A DNA stretch of 59,330 nucleotides from Nitrospirota bacterium (GTDB lineage Bacteria; Nitrospirota; Nitrospiria; Nitrospirales; NS-4). The notes beneath the pieces were generated by a model that was given only the letters and a program-made list of their open reading frames with translations, ran no database searches and was not told the DNA's origin. Where the stretch lies: positions 1 to 59,330 of the forward strand of contig CAWBGA010000015.1 of NCBI GenBank assembly GCA_963788195.1. The letters run 5' to 3'. Position numbers and translations under genes: made by a program. This document shows, one piece after another, positions 18,460-28,335 of the stretch. Every line of letters starts with the position of its first letter. Positions within the stretch are counted from its first letter, which is position 1.

Positions 18460-20295
18460 ATGACGCCTGATACTCTTAGAGCAAAACTCGCCCATTTGCC
18501 GCAGGTTCCTGGCGTGTACCTGTTCAAGGGCTCGCGGGGGGAGGTCCTGTACATCGGAAAGGCCAGTATTCTGGCCGATCGCGTGCGGTCTTACTTTACA
18601 AAAGTGATCGAGATCAGCGTCAAAACCCGGCTCATGGTCTCCCAGGTCACCGACATCGACACGATCGTCACCGCCTCCGATCTCGAAGCGCTGATCCTCG
18701 AAAGCTCGCTGATCAAACGACACCGGCCGCGGTTCAACGTGGTGCTGAGGGACGACAAGCAGTATCCGTATCTGCGCCTGCCAATTAAAGAATCCTTTCC
18801 GCGCTTCACTATCGTTCGCAGGATCCAAAAGGACGGCGCTCTGTATTATGGCCCTTATGTTCCGGCGGGAGCCTTACGGGAAACGTTGAGGGTGATCAAG
18901 ACCGTCTTTCCGCTGGCGACGTGCACCATCGACATTACCGGCAAGGCGGAGCGGGCGTGCATCGAATACGAGATCAAGCGCTGCATGGCCCCGTGCATCG
19001 GGAAACAGACCTCCGAGGAGTACCACGAGCTTGTCAAGCAAGCACGGATGTTTCTCGAAGGCCGAAACTCTGACTTGTTGAAACAATACCGAAGCCGTAT
19101 GGAAGGCGCCGCCGAGCGCGAGGAATACGAAGAGGCCGCCCGCATTCGGGACCGGATCTACAAAATCGAACGGACATTGGAGCGGCAGCGAGTCGCGCAG
19201 ACCGACAATATCGACCAGGACGTGATCGGATTCTCCCGGGACGGAGGCGCGGCCGACCTGCAGATGATGTTCGTCCGGGGTGGCCTCCTGGTCGGACGGA
19301 AAGACTTTCATTGGAGCGATGTAGGCGACGTTTCGGATACCGAACTCGTTCGCTCTGTCGTGGAACAGTTTTACGCGAAGGAACTCATCCCTCCGAAACA
19401 ATTATTGCTGCCGGTAGATCTGCCCGATGCTGAACTCTTCAGTGCCTGGCTCTCGGAGAAAAAGGGAGAAAAGGTTCGAGTTCTCGTACCGGAACGAGGG
19501 ATCAAGCATCACCTGGTTCAGTTAGCCGAAGAAAACGCGTCCGCTGCGCTGAAAGAGCACCAGCGAGACGAGGCGACCGGGCGAGCGGCGGCCGAGGAGC
19601 TTACGAGGTTGTTACGTCTGCGCGCAGTTCCTTCCCGGATAGAAGGCTTTGATGTCTCCAATATCCAGGGCAACCAGGGCGTGGCCTCCCTCGTCGTATG
19701 GGAGGCTGGAGTGTCAAAGAAGTCAGATTACAGACGCTTCCGCATCAAGACAGTGGAGGGCGCGAATGACTTCGCCAGCATCAAGGAGGTGGTGTTGCGC
19801 CACTATGCCGGCGTCCAACAAGAGCAGCAACGCCTGCCGGACCTGATCCTGATTGACGGCGGCATTGGACAACTCGCCGCAGCCATGGAGGCCCTACGGG
19901 AACTGCAGCTTGTGGACATCGATATCCTGGGGCTCGCTAAGGCGAAGGGCGAGAAGGAAGAGCGCGTCTACCTTCCCGGTCGCAAAAACCCTATCATTCT
20001 AAGTCCTTCCTCCCCGGCAACGCATCTGTTGCAACGTATCCGCGACGAGGCCCATCGATTCGCGGTCACTTACCATCGGCGGCTTCGCGGCAAGGCCTTG
20101 CTCACCTCTCGATTAGACGAGATCGCCGGCGTCGGTCCTCACAAGCGCCGTGACCTCCTGCGTCAATTCGGTTCAGTGGAGGCCCTGCGCGCGGCAAGCG
20201 AACAAGATCTCCAACGCGTCGCGGGCATCGGCCCGAAGACCGCGGCGGAGGTTCGCGCGGCTCTCACAGAGGAAGAGCCGGCAGTGGCTCCGTAG
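18460..20295 (+). CDS. uvrC: Excinuclease ABC subunit C
   Basis: GIY-YIG N-terminus (PGVYLF..YIGKA), RIEGFDVSN, LILIDGG, RIRDEAHRFA, C-terminal HhH. Confidence 0.97.
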   Translation: MTPDTLRAKLAHLPQVPGVYLFKGSRGEVLYIGKASILADRVRSYFTKVIEISVKTRLMVSQVTDIDTIVTASDLEALILESSLIKRHRPRFNVVLRDDKQYPYLRLPIKESFPRFTIVRRIQKDGALYYGPYVPAGALRETLRVIKTVFPLATCTIDITGKAERACIEYEIKRCMAPCIGKQTSEEYHELVKQARMFLEGRNSDLLKQYRSRMEGAAEREEYEEAARIRDRIYKIERTLERQRVAQTDNIDQDVIGFSRDGGAADLQMMFVRGGLLVGRKDFHWSDVGDVSDTELVRSVVEQFYAKELIPPKQLLLPVDLPDAELFSAWLSEKKGEKVRVLVPERGIKHHLVQLAEENASAALKEHQRDEATGRAAAEELTRLLRLRAVPSRIEGFDVSNIQGNQGVASLVVWEAGVSKKSDYRRFRIKTVEGANDFASIKEVVLRHYAGVQQEQQRLPDLILIDGGIGQLAAAMEALRELQLVDIDILGLAKAKGEKEERVYLPGRKNPIILSPSSPATHLLQRIRDEAHRFAVTYHRRLRGKALLTSRLDEIAGVGPHKRRDLLRQFGSVEALRAASEQDLQRVAGIGPKTAAEVRAALTEEEPAVAP

Positions 20296-20311
20296 ATTCA
20301 GAAGTGCTGCT

Positions 20312-21466
20312 CTACCGGGAGCCTTGATTGGAAACGTGGACACCGTCCCAACCTATATCGGGTAGCGCTTTCACCCGCTCGATCAGACGCTGTCTGGCGG
20401 ACGCATAGAGAGGAGCGTCGACTCCCGTTAATACGGTGAGAAATAGCCGGTAGGCATCCTCCAGTAGATGCGGGGGAAGTGTGCTCGCGCGCGGGATCGG
20501 ATAGCCCAGGGTCTCGATCAGCCTGCGTGTACTTTCATCGTCGGCCGGAAGCTCGGGGGCATAGTGGGTATTGCTCGGGTAAGGAGAATGGATCTGCCGA
20601 TCGCATTGCGCCTGGAGTGACATCTGCACGGTCAGTTCCTGCACGCGCGCTGGCGGCAGTTCGTCCGCCCTCGCGATCGAGTATGGACGAATCGGAATTC
20701 GCTCGCACAAATCGCTGTCCCGGATGTTGGTCGCCAGCGTGAATACGCACCAATCCCGGAAATGTTGTTTCTGCCTCGCCAGCGGCAGATCGTCCGGAAT
20801 GCGTTCACACCAACCCGCATCCTTGCTTACCAGGGCTGCCATCTGTGCAAGGTAGGCTCCATCCTCAACTTCAGACCGAGTGCGTGTGTTGGTACGTTCG
20901 AGTGCTCGCAGCGACGTCCCCACTCGGGCGACGATGTCCGGCTCTTCAGGAAGGCGTCTGTAAATATTGCGCACATCCACGATGGGTCGCGTTACACCCT
21001 CGGCGTGGAGCTCATCCGGGTCGTATCCCATCATCTTGAAGAAGCGCACGAGACTTTCGCCGAGTAAAGCGGTGCCGCTGGACCGACCCTGGGCCGCATC
21101 ACGCAGGCAAGACCACATGGACAGCTGGACGTCCAACACGCTCTGCCTGCCGAGTCTTCTTACCTTCCTGCAGAGCCATGAATTGCGGGTGCGGCCGGCA
21201 ACCATGTCGTAGCACTCGGAGCGTTGATAACTAGGCGCGCCGAAGAATCCGCCAGGTAGTCCGGCCGCCCAGGAGATCTTGTCACAGATCGAGGGCTCCT
21301 CGAGTTGCTGCGCGACATACCAGTAGAACTCCTCGTATTCGTTGCCCTGACGCATTCCGCGCCACTGATCGATCCATGTCGTCACCCCCGCAAGGTAAAT
21401 AACGGCGACGACCCCTAAGGTGATCGCGGTCCACCTCAACCCAGAACGCGTTCCTTTCTTACGCAC
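20312..21466 (-). CDS. Membrane-anchored hypothetical protein with repeated Cys pairs
   Basis: 384-aa ORF with N-terminal TM segment. Repeats such as SICDKI..RSECY, WCERIP..RDWC, LCERIP..AQC. Confidence 0.6.
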   Translation of the reverse strand: MRKKGTRSGLRWTAITLGVVAVIYLAGVTTWIDQWRGMRQGNEYEEFYWYVAQQLEEPSICDKISWAAGLPGGFFGAPSYQRSECYDMVAGRTRNSWLCRKVRRLGRQSVLDVQLSMWSCLRDAAQGRSSGTALLGESLVRFFKMMGYDPDELHAEGVTRPIVDVRNIYRRLPEEPDIVARVGTSLRALERTNTRTRSEVEDGAYLAQMAALVSKDAGWCERIPDDLPLARQKQHFRDWCVFTLATNIRDSDLCERIPIRPYSIARADELPPARVQELTVQMSLQAQCDRQIHSPYPSNTHYAPELPADDESTRRLIETLGYPIPRASTLPPHLLEDAYRLFLTVLTGVDAPLYASARQRLIERVKALPDIGWDGVHVSNQGSR

Positions 21467-21684
21467 GTCGCTCGCCTCAGCCGTCCTATTCGCCGGTGCA
21501 AGTTGCCGCTGTAGGTCACCAAGTATATATAATTAGGCAGAGTGCCGCAATGGTCGATGGAATCGGGTCCACCCATCGCTTTTTAGTAATTGACGGTGAC
21601 TAGCGGCAAGGGACTTTCTCGTAATGTGTAGGAGGCTTACATTGAAGGTGATACAACAGCAGCAGGCATGATCCACGAGAATCA

Positions 21685-23271
21685 ATGATTCAAGCGCCAT
21701 CTCTCCTTCCGCAGGGGACTTCAGTCTTTCTGACGCTCTTCCAAGATTTTCTTGCTGCTCACTCTGATCCCGAAGGCGGCGGCCGCTTGCACAGGCTGTA
21801 TGCCGAAGAAGCCCCGGTGGCGCTCGAGGGACGGTTACTGAAAAAAGGAGAAGCGGACGAGCCTAGATTCGTCGCGGCGCACCGTGAGGCAGGAATCCAC
21901 GGTATCGGCAAACTCCCGGTGTTCGAACAGGTCACGCTACTCGCTGCCAATGTCGAAGCTGACGGCAGTCGGGCCGTAGGGTGGTTTCAGGTGTTGGAAT
22001 CGGGCGATAATCGGTATGCGACCGTGGCACTTGGAGTCCGGCTCGCGGCGGCGCAGTGGCACGTCGGGTGGTGCATCGTGGCCAGTGGCCCACACGATTG
22101 GTCGTACCACCAAGGGTTTTTACAAACTCTGGCAGAATATCCGTGGATGCTCTCCGACCAACCCGTCATGCCACGGAGTTCCCTCGATGCGTCCTACTTT
22201 CGTCTTTACCGGCAATCGGATGTTCAACTAAGCTTCCTGCCCGAAACACGTTTTAGCTGCCACATGAGTGGTGTGTGCTGTAAATTCGATTACGGCATCG
22301 CCCTGCCGATCGCCGCCCAAGTCCTGATCGATGCCATCCCGTGGGAAGAGATACGGCCCGAACTCAAGGGTACGCAATTGGACGTTCGCTCCGACGGTCG
22401 GTTACAGCTCAAAGAAAATCACGAGGCCTGCCGCTTTTTGGATCAAAATAACCAGTGCCTGATCCATAAGACCCTTGGCCGCCAACCATTCGGACCGTGC
22501 GCGGTATTCCCCTTTGCCTTCGCGCAAACACCCGACGGCGTGACGGTCAGCACGAGTTTTATATGTGGCAGTGTCCGAAACGATCTGGGTCCCCCTCTGG
22601 CAGAGCGTCAAGACGATGTGCGCGAGCGCCTGTTCCTCGCCCCGGTACGACGCCCGGACGGCTTTCGTCTCTCCCCGGCCCTGGAGGTGTCGTGGGATTC
22701 GTTCCGCGACATCGAAACCGCTTTGCTGGACTTGCTTGGCCAGTCACAAACGCCTCTGCACCGGCGTCTCTACGCGGGTAACCGGTTGCTGGACGCCCTG
22801 GGACGGAATGAGGCGGTCAATTTGAATGCGTGGCTGGAGGAGCCTCCGGGCAAATTGACAGATGAATACCGCGCGACGTTGCGAACCTACCTCGCCAAAA
22901 TCCTCGCTTGGGACCGGCTAGCCCTCAAACGGCTGACGCCAGGAATGTCATTAGAGCTTCGCCACGATCGCCTCCGCGATGAACGCATCATAGTGGCCAT
23001 CCTTAAAAACCTACTTTTCTCCAAGGTCTATTCCTACCCCTTTGACCTTACTACGTCCCACAACATGTCAATTCTGGTTTATCTACTGACGTTGATCATG
23101 CAGTCGGCCTTCGACGGGCCTCTCCCTGACGCGCTTTGGCAGGAACTGGCTGCGTGGGGTGCAGGCGGCTTGGGCACATCGCTGCTGCCCGATTCCGCGC
23201 CGCAGAGCCTCGTCGAGTACCTAGGGTCGAGTGAATTCGGCCAGTCGGCGCTCTGGTATCCTCACACCTGA
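21685..23271 (+). CDS. YkgJ/FliB-like cysteine-cluster protein with N-terminal extension
   Basis: Motifs FSCHMSGVCC, CRFLD..NQCLIH, PCAVFPF, SFIC. Confidence 0.7.
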   Translation: MIQAPSLLPQGTSVFLTLFQDFLAAHSDPEGGGRLHRLYAEEAPVALEGRLLKKGEADEPRFVAAHREAGIHGIGKLPVFEQVTLLAANVEADGSRAVGWFQVLESGDNRYATVALGVRLAAAQWHVGWCIVASGPHDWSYHQGFLQTLAEYPWMLSDQPVMPRSSLDASYFRLYRQSDVQLSFLPETRFSCHMSGVCCKFDYGIALPIAAQVLIDAIPWEEIRPELKGTQLDVRSDGRLQLKENHEACRFLDQNNQCLIHKTLGRQPFGPCAVFPFAFAQTPDGVTVSTSFICGSVRNDLGPPLAERQDDVRERLFLAPVRRPDGFRLSPALEVSWDSFRDIETALLDLLGQSQTPLHRRLYAGNRLLDALGRNEAVNLNAWLEEPPGKLTDEYRATLRTYLAKILAWDRLALKRLTPGMSLELRHDRLRDERIIVAILKNLLFSKVYSYPFDLTTSHNMSILVYLLTLIMQSAFDGPLPDALWQELAAWGAGGLGTSLLPDSAPQSLVEYLGSSEFGQSALWYPHT

Positions 23272-23291
23272 GGTTCGGTCCTCAAGCAACG

Positions 23292-23402
23292 CAGCGCGAG
23301 CCCTATGTGAAATCGTGGCACGAGCGGTATGCCATGTACTTGGTCGACAAGTACGGCATCATCCGCTACATGCAGATCAAGACCTTGCTCGTTGAGCGCT
23401 AG
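23292..23402 (+). pseudogene. Remnant of a TlpA/DipZ-type redoxin with internal deletions
   Basis: Translates as QREPYVKSWHERY-AMYLVDKYGIIRYMQ-IKTLLVER*, which juxtaposes normally separated redoxin segments. Confidence 0.55.
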
Positions 23403-23420
23403 TCAGGGTAAGGTCTTGCA

Positions 23421-24257
23421 ATGCCACATGATGATCATAGTCACTGCGTCTGGGCCCATGTTGCGTTGCAGGACCTGACCCCCTGCTTCCTGCTCGCGCT
23501 ATTCATTTTCTTGACCGCCTGCTCGACAGTCCCACAGACGTTCACGCCGTCCGAGCCGATTCCTGCTAGCAACTTTTCGCATCGCGCGTTCGATGACGTG
23601 CTTCACGCCCATGTCACTGACGGCGTGGTCGATTATCCGGGCATTGCGACGGATACGCGGTTCCGCGGCTACCTGGCACAGTTGGATCGAGTCGACCCCA
23701 ACAGCCTTCCGACGCGTGAGGACCGACTGGCCTTCTGGATCAATACTTACAACGCGTTTGCTATCAACGGGATTCTCGACGGGTTGTCTCCACGCACGAA
23801 GTTCGGACAGTATCGCTACTTCATCGCGAAGAAGCATCGTGTCGGTGGAGCGATGATCAATCTGTACGATCTGGAGAACAAGCTGCTGATTCCGGAGTTC
23901 CGGGAGACGCGCATCCACTTCGTGATCGTGTGCGCCTCCATGTCGTGTCCCAAGCTACAGTCCTTGGCGTATACTGCGGACAAGTTGGACCTGCAACTGG
24001 AATACGGCGCGAGAGAATACATCAATGACCCAAGCCGTAACCGCTTTGACCGTGAACGGAAGATCGCATATCTCTCGATGATCTTTAAGTGGTTCCGAGA
24101 CGACTTCGAGGCCCACGCCGGATCGCTGCTCGCGTATGTGAAGCAGTACGTAGCCGCTGCAGACCTCGCGCGTGAACTGGAACTTGTGCCGTACCGCGTG
24201 GAATTTCTCGAGTACGATTGGAATTTGAACGGCATCCCCTATGCTGGTTCGTCCTGA
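23421..24257 (+). CDS. DUF547 domain lipoprotein
   Basis: Motifs LAFWINTYNA, RIHFVIVCASMSCPKL, LSMIFKWF, YDWNLN. Confidence 0.9.
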   Translation: MPHDDHSHCVWAHVALQDLTPCFLLALFIFLTACSTVPQTFTPSEPIPASNFSHRAFDDVLHAHVTDGVVDYPGIATDTRFRGYLAQLDRVDPNSLPTREDRLAFWINTYNAFAINGILDGLSPRTKFGQYRYFIAKKHRVGGAMINLYDLENKLLIPEFRETRIHFVIVCASMSCPKLQSLAYTADKLDLQLEYGAREYINDPSRNRFDRERKIAYLSMIFKWFRDDFEAHAGSLLAYVKQYVAAADLARELELVPYRVEFLEYDWNLNGIPYAGSS

Positions 24258-24876
24258 CGAGCGGGCGCCACTGGCCCGCCTGTTGCAGTTCCTTGTACAA
24301 GGAGAGCGCCTCGCACATGAGTGCGCCCGCGCGCAGGCCGCGCTCACGACGGATCCGCTCACCAGGCGTTTTCTGCTGGCGCAGGCGCAACAGGAAGCGG
24401 TTCATGCGAGCGTGTTTCAAGCTGCTGTGGCGTGGCTTGCGCCGCGTGGCCGCGATGACTCCCCTGCTCTACCCGCTCTGGCGCGTTACCGCGAGCTTTT
24501 AGAGGGTGCGAACCGCACCGGTCGGTTCTATGAGACGATTCTTGCGGAGCAGGTCATGCTCGAAGGCTTGGGCGAGACGATCCTCAAGCGACTCGAAGAC
24601 GGACTGGTGAAGCGACGAGCGGGATTCGCACGACTGCGGCGGATCCTGCTGCGCCAGGAAGAAGCGCATCACAGCTTTGGCTGCCGCCTGCTCGAGCGGG
24701 CGATCGCGGATGGAGCGGCATCGCCCGAGTCGCTGCGTCTTTCTGTGCAGGAATATCTCGTGCTTACCGACGCAATAATGGCTGCGCTCGGTGAACTCTT
24801 CGATTCCATCCATGAAGATGCGTCAGCTTATGCCGCGGATGCGAAGCGCTCGTTGCCGGCCTGGCTCCTCCAATGA
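24241..24876 (+). CDS. Ferritin-like (diiron) domain protein
   Basis: Ligand pattern GE..A, QEAVH, LEG, QEEAHH. Confidence 0.75.
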   Translation: MLVRPDERAPLARLLQFLVQGERLAHECARAQAALTTDPLTRRFLLAQAQQEAVHASVFQAAVAWLAPRGRDDSPALPALARYRELLEGANRTGRFYETILAEQVMLEGLGETILKRLEDGLVKRRAGFARLRRILLRQEEAHHSFGCRLLERAIADGAASPESLRLSVQEYLVLTDAIMAALGELFDSIHEDASAYAADAKRSLPAWLLQ

Positions 24877-25562
24877 TTTCGGTCATCATTCCCGTGTACA
24901 ACGAGGAAGCGGCGCTTCCCGCCACGCTGCGCAACGTGTTGAGACAGTCGGGCGACTATGAAGTGCTTGTCGTGGACGGAGGCAGCACAGATCGCACGTC
25001 CGAACTCGTCCATGCCATCGCGTACGAAGATCCACGCGTCCATCCGGTAGTCGCGCCAAGAGGGCGGGCCTCCCAGATGAACACCGGAGCCAAGGTGGCA
25101 CGCGGCGAGTGGCTGATATTCCTCCATGCCGATACGTTGCTGCCCGACAATGCACTGGTTCGACTTGAAGACCTGAACAGCGACACAAGCATTCAGGCGG
25201 GTGGCTTTCGGCACCGTTTTTCGGGCGATGACTGGCGGCTCCGGCTCGTCTCCCTCGCGGACAACTTGCGGTGTCATTGCAGCCGCATCATCTACGGCGA
25301 TCAAGCGCTGTTCGTACGACGCTCGCTCTTCGAGCAGCTCGGGGGATTTCCGGAACAGCCGATTCTCGAAGATGTAGCCTTCGGCGAAAAGCTTGTTCGT
25401 GTCACCGCCCCGGTGTTGCTCGCTGCTGAGGTCGTCACCGACTCACGCAAGTTCGTCAAGATGGGCATCTGGCGAAGCCTCGCGCGCGTCTTGCTCATTA
25501 TACTGTGCGTCGAGTTCCGCCTGCCGATCGTCCCCCGCGCATTTTTCCAAGATATTCGGTGA
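24873..25562 (+). CDS. GT2 glycosyltransferase (TIGR04283-like)
   Basis: Motifs ISVIIPVYNEE, VVDGGSTD, GRASQMNTGA, FLHADT, YGDQALFVRR. Confidence 0.9.
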   Translation: MISVIIPVYNEEAALPATLRNVLRQSGDYEVLVVDGGSTDRTSELVHAIAYEDPRVHPVVAPRGRASQMNTGAKVARGEWLIFLHADTLLPDNALVRLEDLNSDTSIQAGGFRHRFSGDDWRLRLVSLADNLRCHCSRIIYGDQALFVRRSLFEQLGGFPEQPILEDVAFGEKLVRVTAPVLLAAEVVTDSRKFVKMGIWRSLARVLLIILCVEFRLPIVPRAFFQDIR

Positions 25563-25713
25563 TGGATCCTGTCCGCCTCGGCGGTTTTCGCTGACATGAA
25601 TCAACGAGGGGAAATGATGGAAAAAGACAGCGGCTCCAAAGAGGGAATGATGAACAAAGAGGGGAGATGGTGGGTGAGTACAGCCGAAGGCGCCGGCGGC
25701 CCTGACCGTCGCA

Positions 25714-25742
25714 TTGACACCCTCAGGACCCTGTGCCAAAAT
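25714..25742 (+). promoter_or_regulatory. Putative sigma70 promoter of yebC-ruvAB
   Basis: TTGACA-N17-CAAAAT with extended -10 TG. Confidence 0.5.
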
Positions 25743-25787
25743 CGTCGCGAGCATGACGGACAGCATCAAAAGCGAAGGAGCACGGTC

Positions 25788-26540
25788 ATGGGGGGCCATA
25801 GTCACTGGGCGACCACGAAGCGGCACAAGGGCGTTATAGACGCCAAGCGCGGCAAGACCTTCACTAAAATCATCCGCGAAATCACCGTAGCCTCCCGCTT
25901 AGGAGGCGGTGACCCCGATGGGAATCCCCGTCTTCGATTCGCCATTCTCAAAGCCAAAGACGCCAATATGCCTGCGGACAATGTCAAAAAGGCGATTCAA
26001 CGCGGCACCGGCGAACTGCCCGGCGTTCACTTTGAAGAATTTCAGCTGGAGGGCTATGGCCCTGGAGGCTGTGCGCTCCTGATCGATCTCACCAGCGACA
26101 ATCGTAATCGCACCGTCGCTGAGATCCGCAACATCCTGACCAAGGGAAATGCGAACCTGGCCGAAGCGGGCGCTGTCTCCTGGCAATTTCATAAGAAGGG
26201 CCTGCTGGTCATCGAACAGAAGGTGGATGAAGACAAACTGATGACCGTCGTTTTGGACGCCGGCGCGGAAGACGTCAAGACAGCCGGGAAGATCTTTGAG
26301 GTCGTCACCAATTTGCATGAATTTGAAAAGGTGAAGAAGGCGCTGGCGGACGCCCATATCGAAACATCCCTTGCCGAGGTTACGTTTATCCCCGAGAACT
26401 ACATCCAGTTGGACGAAAAAACCGCCGAGCAGGCGCTGAAGCTCATGGACAGTCTTGAAGATCAAGACGACGTTCAGAAAGTCCACGCCAACTTTGACAT
26501 CTCCGAAGAGATCATGGAGAAGGTCGCCGCCGCCGGATGA
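25788..26540 (+). CDS. yebC: YebC/PmpR family protein
   Basis: MGGHSHWATTKRHKG, EGYGPGG, DDVQKVHANF. AGGAG RBS before ATG 25788. Confidence 0.95.
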   Translation: MGGHSHWATTKRHKGVIDAKRGKTFTKIIREITVASRLGGGDPDGNPRLRFAILKAKDANMPADNVKKAIQRGTGELPGVHFEEFQLEGYGPGGCALLIDLTSDNRNRTVAEIRNILTKGNANLAEAGAVSWQFHKKGLLVIEQKVDEDKLMTVVLDAGAEDVKTAGKIFEVVTNLHEFEKVKKALADAHIETSLAEVTFIPENYIQLDEKTAEQALKLMDSLEDQDDVQKVHANFDISEEIMEKVAAAG

Positions 26541-27142
26541 TCGCCTCACTGACCGGCCGCCTCGCCTCCAAACACCCCGGAGGGGTCGTTATCGATGTAC
26601 AGGGCGTTGGTTATGATGTGCTCATCCCCCTAAGTACCTTTTACAACCTGCCCGATACTGACCAGCCGGTTTCACTCACGATCCATACTCATGTGCGTGA
26701 GGACGCGATCCACTTGTTCGGATTCTTCACGATGCGCGAGAAGGACGCGTTCTTGTTGCTGCTCACCGTCGCCGGGATCGGCCCTAAGTTGGCATTGAGC
26801 GTCATCTCCACCCTGAGCGTCGACGACCTCAGCGCTGCCATTCGCGACGATGACTATGATGTGTTATCTTCGGTGCCTGGCATAGGCAAAAAATCAGCAG
26901 GCCGGTTGGCTTTAGAATTGAAAGATAAGATAGAAAAGATCTCGCTGGTTGCCGACAGTTTGCCTACAAAACCTTCGCAACAGGGGAGTCGTCTCATGGA
27001 CGATGCCTTGTCAGCCCTTGTGAACCTGGGCTATAAAGCCACCGACGTCAAAGATGTTTTGAAGCAGGTGCTGGCAGCCCGAAATGGCGACACTCCATTG
27101 CCGGACCTTATCCGGGCTGCGCTCAAAGAGTTGGCAAAATGA
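26537..27142 (+). CDS. ruvA: Holliday junction branch migration protein RuvA
   Basis: Motifs [39 protein letters not shown]. Confidence 0.97.
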   Translation: MIASLTGRLASKHPGGVVIDVQGVGYDVLIPLSTFYNLPDTDQPVSLTIHTHVREDAIHLFGFFTMREKDAFLLLLTVAGIGPKLALSVISTLSVDDLSAAIRDDDYDVLSSVPGIGKKSAGRLALELKDKIEKISLVADSLPTKPSQQGSRLMDDALSALVNLGYKATDVKDVLKQVLAARNGDTPLPDLIRAALKELAK

Positions 27143-28149
27143 CGATGGACGAACGGGTCGTTACAACGCAAAAGAGCGACGATGAGCGCGGCTTTGAGGC
27201 GGCCCTCCGACCTCAAAGTCTCTTCGAGTATGTGGGCCAAGCGCGGATGAAGGAGTCCTTGCGCATCTGCATGGAGGCCGCCAAGCAGCGCGGAGAGGCC
27301 CTGGACCACTGTATCTTCTATGGACCCCCGGGAGTCGGAAAAACGACCATTGCCAATATTATTGCCAGAGAGATGGGGGCGGCCCTGCGCGCCACCTCCG
27401 GTATCGTAATGAACCATGCCGGTGACTTGGCCGCGATTCTCACGAATCTTCAGCATGGCGACGTTCTGTTTATCGATGAAATACACCGGCTGCCGGCGCC
27501 CGTTGAGGAAGCGCTGTACCCAGCGATGGAAGATTATCAACTCGATCTTATAATCGGGCAGGGACCATCCACTCGCACAGTCAAGCTGGATCTCCCGCGC
27601 TTTACTCTCATCGGGGCGACAACCAGAGTGGCCTCCCTCACCTCCCCGCTGCGAGAGCGCTTCGGCCTCAACTATCGGCTCGATTTTTATTCACCCGAGG
27701 AATTAGAGGCGATTATTCTGAGATCTGCGGGTATTCTTAAAATTCCGGTCGACGGCTCAGGAGCCTTCGAGATCGCGCGGCGCTCCCGCGGAACCCCTCG
27801 GATCGCAAACCGGTTGCTCCGCCGGGTGCGAGACTTTGCGCAGGTCAAACACGATGGCGCCGTCACCCGCGACGTGGCTGACGCCGCCCTGGCCTGGGTC
27901 GGAGTGGACAGCGCCGGCTTCGATGATATGGACCGGTTGCTGCTGCAGACCATCATCGATAAATTCGGGGGAGGTCCGGTAGGCGTCGAATCATTGGCCA
28001 CCGCGATCGGCGAAGAGCGCGCGACCCTGGAAGACGTCTATGAGCCGTATCTTATTCAGGCCGGCTACCTGGAACGGACATCACGGGGGCGTGTCGCGAC
28101 CCGCCTTGCGTTTCAACATTTTGGAAAGCAGAAAGACCTCCTCGCCTGA
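27139..28149 (+). CDS. ruvB: Holliday junction helicase RuvB
   Basis: Motifs [45 protein letters not shown]. Confidence 0.98.
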   Translation: MTMDERVVTTQKSDDERGFEAALRPQSLFEYVGQARMKESLRICMEAAKQRGEALDHCIFYGPPGVGKTTIANIIAREMGAALRATSGIVMNHAGDLAAILTNLQHGDVLFIDEIHRLPAPVEEALYPAMEDYQLDLIIGQGPSTRTVKLDLPRFTLIGATTRVASLTSPLRERFGLNYRLDFYSPEELEAIILRSAGILKIPVDGSGAFEIARRSRGTPRIANRLLRRVRDFAQVKHDGAVTRDVADAALAWVGVDSAGFDDMDRLLLQTIIDKFGGGPVGVESLATAIGEERATLEDVYEPYLIQAGYLERTSRGRVATRLAFQHFGKQKDLLA

Positions 28150-28172
28150 TCGGGCGTTGCCGCAACCGTACC

Positions 28173-28256
28173 GCTAAATGGGGTCAGAGTCGATTTTTTG
28201 AGAAGCTTGGCGTTGGCGATGGATTTAGCCAAAAGTCGACTCTGACCCCATTTAGC
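28173..28256. repeat. 84-bp element with perfect 21-bp terminal inverted repeats (MITE/REPIN-like)
   Basis: GCTAAATGGGGTCAGAGTCGA (28173-28193) and its exact reverse complement (28236-28256). Confidence 0.85.
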
Positions 28257-28289
28257 AAGACAGATTTCCCTGGTTCTCCTTGAAATTGT

Positions 28290-28318
28290 TTGTAAATTTG
28301 CCATTCCTGTTGTACAAT
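28290..28318 (+). promoter_or_regulatory. Putative sigma70 promoter of the pheA operon
   Basis: TTGTAA-N17-TACAAT. Confidence 0.5.
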
Positions 28319-28335
28319 TACGTACTCCATATCAT

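Noticed and set aside
25596..25787. 64-aa N-terminal extension of YebC
   Set aside because: A promoter-like TTGACA-N17-CAAAAT and an RBS lie inside it, and the family starts at MGGHSHW (25788).
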